64,000 nucleotides of DNA from Mobula hypostoma (lineage: Eukaryota): NCBI RefSeq assembly GCF_963921235.1, contig NC_086097.1, forward strand, positions 20,710,001-20,774,000, written 5' to 3'. Shown here one piece after another: positions 1-55,329 of this stretch; position 1 is the stretch's first letter; each line of letters starts with the position of its first letter. A program made the position numbers and the translations under genes. The notes under the pieces are model-generated. The model made no database searches. It saw only the letters and a list, made by a program, of their open reading frames with translations, and had not been told where the DNA came from.

Positions 1-360
1 CGCTTAAAGTAGTACTTGGCTTTTCTGTGAATCCAAAACTCAGTACCCTAGATGAAAGGCTTTGTAGTCAGTGATTTTCTTGATAAAGCTTATTGAAGTT
101 GGTGAAAGCATGCATGTAATTTTTGAAGTCCTGGATAGTTTTTCCACTAAATTTCTGAGAAATAAGAAGGACCCAAATTTGATTTCTGATCTAGATTGAA
201 TCAACTTTGTAGGGAAGAAAAGGTAACCATGGCCATGGGTTGGGAATCAGAATTAGAATTATTATCACTTTCATATGATGTGAAATGTGTATGGCTTTGT
301 GCTCATCAAGGCTATTTATCAACCTTAATGTTGGCCATTGAGAAAGGTTAGCTTGATTGT

Positions 361-540
361 TCAGATTCATTCATCACGTACATTGAAACATGCAGTGAAA
401 TACGTTGTTTATGTAAGGACCAGCACAACCTAAGGGTATGCTGGGGGGGGGCGGGGGGCAGGTTGCAAATGTCACTGTTCATTCTGGTGTCAATATAGCA
501 GGCCTATAATGTTTTGCAGAACAACAAAACAAACCTTTTC
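361..540 (-). repeat. LINE 3'-tail type interspersed repeat
   Basis: tcagattcattcatcacgtacattgaaacatgcagtgaaat... resembles the copy at 63801-63907. Confidence 0.5.
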
Positions 541-1449
541 TCCCACCCTCTCTTCCTCCCTTTATCTCACTCTTGCATTCACACACACCTACCTACCCAC
601 CTCCAAACACAGGAGAGGTTGCCTTTGAGCCTCCAACATCCAGTTCCTGGTCCAGACTCACAGACATCTGGTTTTTGACTTCCGAAACTCAAGGGCTTTG
701 ACTTGTGGACTGAAAAGCTAAAGTCTTTGAACTTTGGTATTGACCCGAGGACTCACCAATCACAGAAATTTGAATTCTGGGCTTCGAACTCTGGACTTGC
801 ACGGACCTCTGACTCCAGGACTCAGTAACTTGAGGGGTCACCTGCCTTTGTCCATGGGGCCCACCGACTTCAGTCATTGACCACGTAGTTCGCTGGAATT
901 CTCAGCACATGCCCATCGGTCATCATTCCATGGGGATCACTGGGCTTCTACCTTGGAGTGCTCTGACTTTTGATTCCAGCTCCTGTCCTTGATGCTCTAT
1001 TTACTGCCCTTAACCTCTAACTTCCCTCATTCCTGTCCTGAAATCCAAATCTCCCCCCTAACTTCCCATGCTGCCCTCAGAATCATCCTGATGAACATAA
1101 AAGAACAACAGTTTAAACCACAACCTCAACCTCGACAGAGACTGCTGCCTGCACCACTTTAATGGGAAGTTCTTGTTCCACATTCACTGTTCTATCTTGT
1201 TTTCTTTTGATTCTCTTTGCCTTAAGCCTGCTGGTACGTGGTTTCAGGCTTTTGTATCTTCTGCCCAGTGAGAGAGGGGAGAAGGGAAAGGGTCTGGAGA
1301 ATATTTTTATATTTCTGTGTGTGTGTGTGTACTGGAATAGCAGGAAATTGGCTGCTTCATTTGTGATGAAGTGGGTTGCTGGCAGGTAGAGAGAAAGAAG
1401 TCACAGTGCCCTTTCATAACATTTGATTCTGGATCAGCATATTGCTCAA

Positions 1450-2610
1450 TGACATACAAGCATGAAAGTTGGTTGTTTGCCACTCAGCCACTCAAGTTTG
1501 CTTTGCTGTTTATTTTTTATAAGATCATATCTGATATGACTGCATAATCAGTAATATTTCAGCACCTTGCTTATCAAGTATTTAACTTCCTCTACCTTAA
1601 AAATAGTCAAAGACTTTTCCCCCTGCCTTTTGAGGGCTCATGACTCACTGAAAAGGAATTTTACATCTTTATCTTAATTGCCTATTTTTTTTAAACAGTG
1701 ACCCCATTTTAGATTTTTCCACAAGAGCCAACACCTTTCATATCTATTATGTCTCGTAGGATCTAAAGTGCTTCATTCAAGCCGCCTCTCATAAGTCTAG
1801 CCTGTCCAACATTTCCTCATAAGACAACATGCACTTCTCAAGTATCTATCTAGTGAATGAAAATGAAGAAAACTAGCAGATGTTGTAAAGCAGTCCAATA
1901 ACTGGTGATTATAAGACCATAAGATATAGGGGGCAGAAGTAGGCCATTCGGCCCATCGAGTCTGCTCCGCCATTCAATCAAGGCTGATCCAATTTTTCCA
2001 GTCATAACTCCCCATACCCTTTGATGCACTGGCTAATCAAGAACCTATCTATCTCTGCCTTAAATGCACCCAATGACTTGGCCTCCACGGCCTTTGTGGC
2101 AACAAATTCCACAGATTTACTACCCTCTGACTAAAGTAATTTCTCTGCATCTCTGTTCTAAATGGACGTCCTTCAATTCTGAAGTTGTGCCCTCTTGTCC
2201 TAGACTCCCCTACCATGGGAAATAACTTCGTCATATCTAATCTGTTCAGGCCTTTTAACATTTGTGATGTTTCTGTGAGATCCCCCATCGTTCTCCTGAA
2301 CTCCAGGGAATACAACCCAAGAGCTGCCGAACATTCCTCATATGGTAACCCTTTCATTCTTGATTAGTCTAGTAAACCTCTGAATTGCATTTGAATTCTT
2401 CCGTGAGAATGGAGGCCTGTACTCCTGTGGTGATCTTACCAATTCCTGACATAATTGAAGAATCAACATCCTTTTCTGTTCAATTCTTCTAGCAGTAAAA
2501 TTTAAAATTCCATTAGCTTTCCTGATTATAAACTGTACCTGCACATTAGCCTTTTGCAAATCATTCACATGGATGCCTAGATTCCTAGCTTTGTAATTTC
2601 TCACCATTTA
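1450..2610 (-). mobile_element. CR1-type LINE 3' fragments; a younger copy (~1910-2360) nested in an older one
   Basis: ORF 2049-2357 reads GLPYEE..LGLYSLEFRR..GDL...TRGHNFRI...FSQRVVNLWN (CR1 ORF2 C-terminus); near-identical copy at 56826-57230. Confidence 0.85.
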
Positions 2611-2621
2611 GAGAATATACC

Positions 2622-2970
2622 AATATTGGTATTGGTTTATTAGTGTCACATGTACCAAGAGACTATGAAAAACTTTTATTGCATACTGTTTATACGGATC
2701 ACAGTGCATTGAGCTAGAATAAGGTAACACAATAACAATGTAGAATAAATTGTTAAAGCTTCCGAAAAAGGGAAGTTACAAGTAAATGATAGTGTAAGAT
2801 CATAATTTGGTGGATTGTGTGGCCAAGAGTCCATTTTATTGTGTAAGAGGTCTATTCACGAGTTTGATAAAAATGGGATACAAATTGTCCTTGAGCCTGG
2901 TGGTACATGCTTTCAGGCTTTTGTACCTTCTGTCCAATGGGAGAGGGGAGAAGAGAGAAGGTCCAGTGGA
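2622..2970 (-). mobile_element. Decayed L2/Rex-type LINE 3' tail
   Basis: attggtattggtttattagtgtcacatgtacc...: short tandem tail and AATAAA on the minus strand. Confidence 0.5.
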
Positions 2971-5900
2971 AAAAGTCTAAATATGTTACGTTTCTCGACC
3001 AAAATGGAATGTTTCCCAATTGTATGCTATTTATCAGATCCTTTCTCATAGACTTAAACTATCTATATCCCTTTGTAATCTCTTTGTGCCTTCACAATTT
3101 TCTTTCCTGTTTTTTTTGCCATTGGCAGATATAGCAACTGTACCCTTGATTCCTTCATCCAAGTCCTTTATATAAAGCTGTCAAAGCCTATGTTACACAT
3201 TGCTTGTTATATCCTGGTGAAAGTTTATAGCTCAGCCATGCCAGGAAAGCTTCAGGTTTGAATCCTAATTAGTAAATAAATTAATTATCAGGGCTGTTAG
3301 TGCTGTTTTTTTGGTGTTTGTTCTTTTTCAAATTAGTTCCTTTTCCTGTATATCAAAATAGTGGCTATGCGTCAGAAATCATTGTGTTGTGATAGTTATG
3401 AAAGATGGAATGAAGGAGTAATTCTGGCCTTTTAAACAAGGGCTATCTGTACTTCTGAATATTTTAGTCTTGGAATAAAGTTATAATTTGCTCTCCGTGA
3501 AATGCCACATGTATGGATCAGTGAGCAGAATCCTTGCAGACATGGAAAATGTTGACATTTTTAGCCAAGGGAATATCTGGAAGATAATTTTTGCTCATCT
3601 GATTCTCTTACATGTCAACTCTGCGTTAAAGGAACTAAGATTGCACCGCAACTCCAAAGATTGTATTTGTTCTTAGAGAGTCCTTGCTTTCTGTTTTCAT
3701 TTGAATAATGATAGTGAGCATGTAAGCATGAAACATGGCTTTAAGGGAAAAGTTGTGTTTTCTTGCAGCTTATCACACTGGCAGCTCTGTTATTTGTTTG
3801 ATTAAAATAGTAAAGTGTTAGCATGTTTGCTTTTACCTTATTCTGTTGAAGCTGTTAATTGTAATCTGAGTTGTCTAACATGGTTAGGTGAATGATTTAA
3901 CTGAGGCGTGACTTCTGCATGAGATTGACCTGCAGTACAGATTGACTCTATGCTGTTTGGTTCAGAGAAGTAACTTCCATTTTGTGGAATTAAATTACTG
4001 TAGTACGACTTGTGGAGTAATTTTAGTTGCTAAAACCTATTAAGAGTGGCATAGGAAATGAATAGGCACCTGAATAATTTTGTCTCATCTAAAACCTTGG
4101 AGCCTTTGTGCATGGTTTAATGAGGGAAGGAATAAAATCCAAGAAATGGTGATTTTTAAAAAAAAATTTAAAGTTGGAAAATTTGTTACCTTAAAAAGAG
4201 AAGTCGAAGGAAAAAAAGCAAATGAAGAAAGGATGCAGGCCATCTCTGGGTTATAAGTGGGTTCTGTCCTTGCACACATCTATATTTTATCCTTCAATCA
4301 GAAAATGCACTGATACAGTGACCACAGCTTCACACTTTTGTAATAAATGGTATATCAAAAGCACATTAGACTGATGACTAAAAGTGGAGAGAGGAGAATC
4401 TAGTTCTGACTGTAGGAACAAATGTGTGTACATATGTTAGACTTTTGAATTTAGTATTATTGGTTCCAATGAAGGGTCTCAATCTAAAACATTGATATCA
4501 GCACCACCTGTGTCTCTGTCTTAATACTAAGAGAGCTTGTATGTGGGGTGTCCATGGGTTGAGCATTCAAAATGTGTGAGTTGGCATGCATATTAAAAAT
4601 GGACAAATGGAGATCTCTGAAAGTAACACGTAGCACAAAATTACTAGTGAAAGAACTTTTAAATTAGCTGTGCAATATTAGAACCCCTCAATATTTCTAG
4701 TTTTTGTTTAGGTTTTTTTTAGCAGTTATCTCCTTTTATCTTTTGTGGGTATGGTGGCTTTGGATTGGATGAGGTGAGAGCGAAAGAAGACTCTGAAGTG
4801 GAAAGAATGGAAACCTTATTGATAAAATAATTGCTAATAAAATAGAAAGTTGGAAGAATACATATCAGAATCTCAAAGCTAGTAATAAAACAGAGTTTCC
4901 CGTAGTGATCTGACAATGATAGGTGTGTAATTTATATACTGTTCACTGAGAGTTTTCTGTCATTGTGAAACCACTAATCTAATGTGAAGTAAAACCTAAA
5001 GATAATTTAACATTTTAGGAATCGTTTCCATTTTTGTGATTAGTGTACACAAATATTTAATACGCTTCAACTGAAATAAAACCAGGATGAAAGATAATTG
5101 TGTGAGTTTACAAAGACAAACCTGAGTCAATTTAATTTTCTTTAGACCAAAGCAATGACAATCTGATGGATCTGGGCAAAAAATTTTAGTATGAAATCAG
5201 ATATTTAAATATCTTGTTACCAAATAAGTTTTGATGCTGTGTTGATTGGACTTTTGAAGCAGTGGCAAAATCTAACCAAGAACAGTACTATAGTTTGTTG
5301 GGATTAGCTACTGTCTGAGCTATGAATCACTGCTGTCCTGTGACACAAATTAAAATTGTACTTTCTGTAGATGACAACATGATGTTTTCCTGTAATAGTC
5401 TTCAGTTTGTCATCAGAAAATGACTGTGCTGAATGCTTCATCAGGAAGATGAATGATAAATTCATTATATATTGTGTGGTTCATGGTAGAACTTAACCTT
5501 TTGTTTTCATATACAATGCTAGAAGTTATTGTGATTTTGTTAAATGCATTTATTGGGAATCAAAGTTCTAGAAATACTCAGGCAGCATCTCTGGAAAGAG
5601 AAACTTTGTTTCAGTTCTGTAGTCTTTCATCAAGAATCGGCATTTTCATTATTTTTCTGATTTTATTTCATATAATTGTGCTGCTGTTCTCCCTTGTGTG
5701 GTTTTGATTTCATTCTGAGTTGACTAGGTAACGTAGAAACTGTCTCAATAGTTTTTCAAATGCTGGAATGTGATCACCACAAAGGTATAGCTGTGTGTTT
5801 AACTCCAGCTAAAATGCTATCCCTTTAAAAATGTGGCTAAAATGTGGTCAAGCTTTAATAAAGATAACTAATTTTATGTTGCAAGTCAGTAGTCTGAGCC

Positions 5901-6074
5901 CTGTTTGTGACGATTCAACAACTCATTTCTAATTGTACTTGCATCATTCACTGCATTTGCAATATTTTGCTCAAAATTTCCTATTGTTGTTGGCATACTT
6001 GTGTTTTAACCAAAAGTGATCATTAGATAATGTACTCCCTTTTTTGTAATAGGCAAGTATTGAAAGTCTTAGAC

Positions 6075-6763
6075 CAGGGGTTCTTAACCTAGGGTCCATG
6101 GACCCCTCAGGAGTCCGTGAACTCAGATGAGGGAAAAAAAGTTACATCTTTATTTTTGCTAACCTCGAACTAAAATATAGCATTTCCTTCAATTATGAAT
6201 GTAGGTAACAAACCACGGTAGTATTAGCAGTACCTGTGACTTTCACCGGTAGAAATCACAGATATTTTCATCTCACATAACAGTTGTTACAAGTATCTCA
6301 AAATGTCATTTACAGCCCACATCACTTTCAAAATTACAGTAGTTATTAGACCTGCCGCTGGATCAAATATGATCACAGTCTTCCTGTATGCAGACATTCG
6401 TGAAGCTCAGGCGATAGCTGTCCAGCTATCAGGCTGCCCTGCAATTAGATGTCCAACATGACGTGTTGCTTTGTCAAAGACCACCCCACAGTTTAATGTT
6501 CTTATCAAACTAAGCACCAGTAGCCTTCACTTAACTTCCATATATATTAAATGTAGTCTTGTGATTAAATGTGGTAATAATGAAGCATATATATTACTAT
6601 ATCACAAATTTGTTTTTTTTAAATATTTTGATGACTATATTTCAATATAATTGGTTTCTTTTGTAATCCTATGTACTTTATTTTGTATATTTAAATTATT
6701 CTGAGAAGGGGTCCACCAGACTTCCAAAGAGGGTCTATAGCATAAAATGGATTAAGAACAATG
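6075..6763. mobile_element. Non-autonomous hAT/Charlie-like DNA transposon
   Basis: Left TIR CAGGGGTTCTTAACC, decayed right TIR GGATTAAGAACAATG; 8-bp flanks tcttagac/ttttggac (6/8). Confidence 0.7.
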
Positions 6764-7170
6764 TTTTGGACATTGTTTACTGTGCCTTACACATGAAACT
6801 TCCAGTGCTTATTGCACTTATCAGAACACTTAGTTAAGCCAATTTTTTAGGGCAAGTTACTTTTTTCAAACCACCATTTTAGTCTTACAAATTCGTAAGT
6901 TGCTTCCCATAAATACAGTTCTACAATGACTGTAATAGACTCCAAAAAACATACCTGTATTTTTAACTCATGACGGATAGATCATTTCAGCCACACATGA
7001 AGTTTATGGTGAAAGAGCTGCATGCAGAAATGGCAGAATTACGGAGGTGACATGGTTTTGTGTTGGAGAGTATGCTGAGGTAAAAATTCAGAAATCCTTG
7101 TACTTCAGATAATTCAAGGCAGTTTCAGCATCCTCTCCTTTAACCATCAATTCTCGGCGACTATGGCCTT

Positions 7171-8048
7171 TGTTACGTAACCAGCAACAATGAATATCAA
7201 TCGAGACAGGTTATATAAAAACAACCAAACATTTATTAAACACAGATAAACAATAAAAATAAGAAAGAAAACCTTAACCGGAAGTTAACCAGTATGCCGC
7301 CGTTCAACAAATCGTCACTCGGCACTGGTTCTAAAGCGTTAAATGCGAAAACAGTTTTTAAAGCAGTAAAGTCAGATAAAGTTCTTAAAATGGTGAATTC
7401 GAAAGTCCAACAGATTTATACGTTCAATTGGGAGAGACTTCTCTGGAGAAGGATTTCTTCATAGACGCGACTTTCCCGTTGGTTCTGTCCAAAGGATTCA
7501 CGTTGCAGAAAATAAACAGTTTAAAACAGCTGACCTTAAATTCTAGAGAGCAAACCTTGCATGAACTCTTTGCTCTTCTGGCAAGAGTTATCTTTCATGC
7601 AGGTCACTACTCCTTCAACGAAGACTCAATAAGGTCGATCCTTTGTTAAACTGCCGAACGATACCGACTCCTCTCAATCCTTTGGGTTCTGTACTTCGAT
7701 AAAGTCTTCACTCTCCCATACTACTGCTGGAATAAGGTACATCAACACATCTAGCAAAAATTGCCAATTCAGCACTATTGTACCTTGCAACAGAATGTAA
7801 CAACCGTTTTAAAAATGAAGCTGCATCATAAAAACAAATACGCAACAGAAACGGAGACACAGTACATTCTAGCTGGAAATCTAAAAACTAAAAACTAACT
7901 GCGTCATCTGGGGTCTTCCCTTATATACCCGTAGTGCACGTCATCACGTGACCTCACATCGGCGGGAAAATTACATCAGGTGACCTCCAAAAGACCATTA
8001 CATCATTCTCCCAAAAAAAAATCACAGATCTCCTTGAGGTGTGTAACA
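7171..8048 (-). mobile_element. Solo LTR (Gypsy-like), 878 bp
   Basis: Termini TGTTAC...GTAACA; exact 4-bp TSD cctt (7167-7170 / 8049-8052); TATA and AATAAA on minus strand; CpGs retained. Confidence 0.85.
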
Positions 8049-8254
8049 CCTTGTAAGGTGTTTCTCTCTGGAGGCAGTGATATTTTGCTTTATTCTCCAT
8101 GGTAATAGTATCCATACCAGATGATGAATGTTCTTGGGTCAGTTTTAATTGTGAAGTGATCTCATTCAATGCTTAAATAAGGATTATCATTCATTGAACA
8201 AATTAAGTAGTATTGATGTTCCAATGGAGTATTTATAACAGCGCGCGTGCGCGC

Positions 8255-8425
8255 ACACACACATGCACACAGAGCTGGAGGAACTCGGCAAGTCAGGCAG
8301 CATACTTGGAAGGGAATAACCAGTTGAAGTTTCTGGCTGAGACACTTCTGTCTGATCTGCTGAGTTCCTCCAATACTTTGTATGTGCTCAAGATCTGCAG
8401 CATCTACAAAATTTCTTGTGTCTAA
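8255..8425. repeat. Penelope-associated fold-back short repeat
   Basis: gctggaggaactcggcaagtcaggcagca ... ctgtctgatctgctgagttcctccaa arms; same family as 20128, 28627, 32925, 38781 and 54692. Confidence 0.7.
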
Positions 8426-8472
8426 ATATAGTATGCTGTTCCAACCTGAAACTGCAAGCAGTAAGTAATTAA

Positions 8473-50084
<41,612 letters not shown>

Positions 50085-53000
50085 AATTGTTACCACTCCT
50101 GGGGCCATAGAACATGAAAGACGTGCAAGCACGTGCACAGAATGAAACACCTCTGGGAAGAGTCATCATCTGTTTGCTGGCTGCAGATTCCTCCATGGAA
50201 ACTTTTTAAAATGTTCTTTGGACAAAGGTGATGGTGGTAAATGGTGAAGTTGGACGATAAAGGCTGTAGATTTTTTTTTAAAACATGTCCTCAAAGACTT
50301 GATCATTGTCGAATCTGGAGTCTGGTAGAACTCGACCAGTGATAAGGATGCACTGCGGACTGACTGGTCATGCAGCGAGTGCATCTTGGCGGAGTACTGC
50401 TGATGTGTTGGCAACAGTTATGTTAGTTGAAACAGTTTTTTCCAAGAACCTTTCCCCCCTCTCTTCTCCCCCCTCTCCCACTTTCCATTACTTTTGCTCT
50501 TAAACTGCCTGCAATTGTGTAAAGGTTTTTTAAAATTGTTTTTGTTGACCAATTGTTTATCATATGGGCATTACTTGTGAATTTAGGTTAGTGGTGGTGT
50601 TGAGGGAGTTCAGTATGGAAGGACCCTTATACTGGGACATCCCATTATTGATATCAGAGCACTAATCTTCTTTGATCCAGTTGATTCATTCAAGCAAAAA
50701 CCTGAAATCAGAGCTTTGTTCCTGGTGCACCTTGCACCAGGAAAGGAGACAAAGGCTGCTGCTATTCCTCAGTTGTTTTTATTCTTCGTATGCTGATTTT
50801 TGTGGAGTTAGATATTGATTTGACTTCTAGTTTGTGCCTCCGTCAGGAATGGGTTGTCTCAAAATTAAATTCTTGTTGGTTGGTTCGTGACTGGAAGGTG
50901 TCATGTTAAGATACTGAACATTTCCATTTGAAGCTGGTTTCAGATCATACCTAAATGGATAGAATTTGAGATCTACTGCCACTAGGATGAATAACCGCTT
51001 GACCAACATTAAATCACTTCCCAGCCAATTTTCCATCTAGTGTAAAACTCATCCATATTTGACATTGATTGAATGCAGTTATATTTGACATTGAAACTCT
51101 TGGGTGAAATTTACCTGCTTGTAAAAAGTAAACTTTGTGCTTCTGCATGGTAGATGGTTCTGCAAACTGCATGGCTCAAATGCATCCATGAAGCATGCCA
51201 AACTGGATTCAGGATTCACCTTGTTCAGCTGGGAATCTGCTGTTTTGAAATAGAGTTGTTTACCTTGATCCATTTGACCATGGACAGTTCCACTGCATAT
51301 CCCTAGCGTGCCAGCAATTCTTTCTTTTCCTTAAAACTACCATGAGAAATGTTATATTTTTTTAAGACTTTCTTTGGATTGGTACAACAAAAAAAAATTC
51401 TTGTTTGACCTCCAAAGCTTACTTTTTTAAAATCTCCAAGGCAAAGTGTGTGGGGGTGAATGTTCTGTAGGCATGTGATGTCAAGTAAATCAAGGTCTGT
51501 ACTTCTATGATCCAGGATGTATTATGTCAGCATTGAGATACGTATGGCAGCATGTCAGGAAAACAGACTCTTCCTCAAATTTAATGCATCAATACAGCAC
51601 AGTATCGTTACAGCTACTATTAAGATTCATTTTTTTTGGTGACTGGCTTGCACTTGCAAAATAAAGTTATAGAAAAGGGAATTCTGTAAGCCAGTCACAC
51701 ATGGATTTAATTTTTTTAAATTGCAAAATAATAGCGCATGCGATTCATGCTTAGCCACGCCTGAATTTGAGTTGTTTGATATGAACCGGTTGGTTGTTAG
51801 CTCAGTCTAAACTATTTCACTCATTGTCAGCCTGGGTACATTATCTGCGGACAGCTTGGTGACATTACCTCTGGTTCTCCGTTGTAAAACTCCAGTGCTC
51901 AAGTTTTTAATGAGTTGATGGAGGATTTCCTCCATGAATCGAATCCTTCGTGTTTTCATTGACTTTAGTACTTGAAACTATTTTTCATCAGTTTATTAAA
52001 AACAAGAGTGAGAGTTGCAATATTGTAAACTTTTGTCTGAGAAGTGCTTTTGAAAGTACTAACATTTTATAGTTTTGATCCTATTTTAATTTATAAACAT
52101 GAGGATCACCCTTTTCGCATCATATCTCTATCCCATGCAGAGACCCTAAGAGTGAGACTTTACTGCTAAATAAAAAGGAAATATATTTGCAAACCTCATT
52201 AAACTTGAAGTGTGGGCAGTTGGAGTTCTTCCATGCGATCAGTTGGAATTGGAAAGGAGCAACAAGCTGAAATGAAACTTGGTATTCCTTTTGTTGGACA
52301 TGTATGCGTGCACTTCTCTCTTGGCTTCTGATACTGGAGCAATCTCTGATTGTGAAATGGTTGACTCACTCTGGCAGAGCTGAGTTATCTATCTTTGCAA
52401 AGTTATTTATTATATAACTCAGTTGCCTATGTTCCAAGTTTATTAATTTTTTAGTTTTTTTCCCAATTTTTTAAGCTTCGGATGTACGATAATTCAAATG
52501 GGCTTTAAAAATCATCAGGTAATTTACAAAAACTGTAATATTTTATAAATTATTCCATGTTTTTATATGCATGGTGGACTGCCAAGATTTTTGTTTAAAC
52601 GAGGGTGGTAGGGAGAGAACGCTGTTCCAATGAAAGGAGCCATTTGAAATTTTCTGGTAATTGACCAATGCAGTCTCTGCAAGAAATAGAGCCTTCCTTT
52701 TATTCTGACTGACTCGTCTCTACCAATTTATTTAATAAATGGTAGTTAATGATTTATACTGAAATCGGTGTTTCTGCCACTAGCAACTCTAGTGGTATTT
52801 AGAAACATCTGTTTAGGTTTGCTTTCTGTCTGACGGCAGCTCCTTTTGGTGAGAATGAGTGGTTGTATAATGAAGATAGAAGCAGCTATGATTGTGCTCT
52901 TACAGCTAGACAGCCATTGAATTAAAAGTTCTTCATTGTGATTTCCTCTGGCTGACATGCAGTCAGCTCCTTCCATCCTCTGCTTTCCTGTAGTGTGCTG

Positions 53001-54570
53001 GACTGTGGTGGGCCAGAGAGATTCAAAGTTATAGGAAAAGGAAAAAAAAATATTGATTAAGAATGTAAGAAAATGGGTTAGGAACATGCATTTTCTGAAT
53101 GAAGGCCTACATTAGCTATTGCTGTTAAAGGGCCACATCTTTTAAATGCAGCAGATTCTGTATTCAGAGCATTGAAAAAAAAGCCTGGGTAGCCTGATCT
53201 TTGCGTGCCAAAGAGCTACCTAGGCTAGTTGCATGTCCGTAGTAGGAAGAGAGTTGCTCAATTAATTTTATGTAGGAGTAATGAAATGAATGCTGACTAA
53301 CCAAGAAAGTGCTTGCATTGTAGCCTATTGCATATTGTAATGTCTGAGGAATTTTTTTGTGCAAAAAGACAGTTTTTTTTTGAAGAGACCTGTAGCTAAC
53401 ATCATCAGGGATCCTCTTAATTTTATTATTAATATCCTAAGAAATTGGATTGAGAAGAAATCTTGACATGCAGAAAACCGAAGTGTATGGCAGGGATGAC
53501 TTTTTGGCATATATCCATTGTGCCATTTGAATTGCAATATGAGATGCACTTATAAGTGTGGATTTGCAGTGGTTGTGTGAAGGTCTCAGGAATGTCAGGG
53601 TTCATACGCACAAGTGCATGGCATTGATGAATGCCGGGCTGATGAGCCCTTAAGCTTACTTCCTATTCAGGTGCATTTGCAATAAACAAAATAAGATTCT
53701 CTTCCTAACAGCCCACAACCACCACCACCACCACCAATACAGAAATCAAATTTTGCCATAATTCCAAACATTCCTAGAAAGATAATCATACAGGTTGTTT
53801 ATACCCATCATGGTTGACCCATTTCCCCATCTTTGGACTTTCCTTCAGTGACCAGGTGGGAAATTGAATAAGACTTGGTCATCTTAACATGGTGGCAACA
53901 GCAGCTCGATGTTAGGTGCAACATCTGCTTGGGCCTTTCACCAGTGTTCTGTTTTCAATCTGTTTGAGCCATCTATATTAAGATCTTTAACCGTGTTACT
54001 TTTTTGAATGCCATTGTGTGCTAAGCTGCTGGTTTTCCCTGTGGGAGCGCATGCATGACAGTTAAAGCACATTAACTGCAGCTGAAGATAATTGTAAGCC
54101 AGCATTTTTTTTTATTCAAATATAAAATGGTGCTGTATTGACCTGTTCTCATTTAGCAGGGTGATTGATAACTGGCTTTTACAGAATTGAAAAAAAACAT
54201 GTTGCAACAGTCATTTTCAGGAATCAAAATGTTTCTGTTCATCTGCCTGAATGTGAAGTAATACTGGGTTGTGGTTGGGTGGGCTATTTGTGGACAAGCA
54301 AGAACTTTAAAAGCTTTCATGTGAATGCACCTCGTGTTCTGCCAAGAAGAGTGCTAAAACTAACTTCTTTCATTGTTGGTGAACTTGTCATAGTTTTTCC
54401 TTCCTCACAGTTTAACTGTTGCTTTCGCAAGCTGTACTCTGCGGCTCACAGATGGAGTTCTGTTTCTTTTTCATAGTGTCTGTACACTAGTAATTTTCAG
54501 AAGCTATTTTGTATAGAGATGTATTTCTTCATTTAAAATAAAAAATAAAAATGCAGCACAGAATTAAGTG
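50085..54570 (+). other. PAPOLA: Putative long 3'UTR of PAPOLA
   Basis: About 4.5 kb with no recognisable interspersed repeat; ends at a strong poly(A) signal, after which repeats resume. Confidence 0.6.
54537..54549 (+). terminator. Distal polyadenylation signal (tandem AATAAA)
   Basis: AATAAA at 54537-54542 and 54544-54549; four upstream TGTA (CFIm) motifs within 54432-54523; GT-rich downstream gtgacgtgtgagttctttgagtg. Confidence 0.7.
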
Positions 54571-54691
54571 ACGTGTGAGTTCTTTGAGTGAAGTGCTCGG
54601 GTTTTGGCTTGGCTGTGACTCAGAAGTCTACAGGATGTGAGTTTGAGACTTATTCCAGAATCATGCTCAAAAAGTAGGTTAAACACTAAAC

Positions 54692-54905
54692 CCCGGAGGA
54701 TCTCAGCAGGTCAGGTAGATTCCATGGGGGGAGATGGTCAGCTGACATTTCTTGTTGCGCCACTTCATCTGAACAAAAGTTCAGATGAAGGGTCTTAACT
54801 GGAAACATTGACTGGCTGTTGCTTTCGATAGATGCTGCCTTACTACTTGGGTTTCTCTAGCATTTTGGTTCATTGCTGCAAATTGCAGCATTTGCAGACT
54901 CTTGT
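54692..54905. repeat. Penelope-associated fold-back short repeat
   Basis: cttcatctgaac aaaa gttcagatgaag central hairpin; cagatgaagggtcttaactggaaacatt. Confidence 0.7.
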
Positions 54906-55329
54906 AGCTCCAAATGTAGGCTGATGCTTCAGTGCCATGAACTGTCTTCTATATTAAACTAATGTGCTATGGAACTTGGTGTGCAATGTTCTTTGCAGTA
55001 CGCACTACAATTCAAATGTGTTTTGAAGTATAACTATATGGTGCTTCAGGTCACTGCAGAACTGTACAGGTTCCTCTGCAAGTACGTTCTCTGATTGTTC
55101 TCTGATTTGGAGCTCACAGTTGAAAACATATCGCATTTGTCCATCTTGTCATCGGGAAAGCCTGTTCCTGACCCAGTCTTTACTCTTAACTTTCTTTTTC
55201 ACTGACCCCAGTCCAGCTGTCTTCTTTTCTGGGTACATTATTTTAGCTGTGTTTCCCTTTACTTGCTAATTACAAGTGCGCCAGATGAAGTCCAAGCTCC
55301 TCCAACAACATGGACATCAGCCAATTATA

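Noticed and set aside
8241..8270. Alternating purine-pyrimidine tract (Z-DNA candidate)
   Set aside because: A microsatellite expansion at the edge of a repeat; nothing suggests function.
8433..8466. ATG plus gtaagt donor just upstream of exon 2 as a candidate first exon
   Set aside because: The intron would be only 41 nt and phase 1, while exon 2 needs phase 2; there is no promoter or CpG island nearby.
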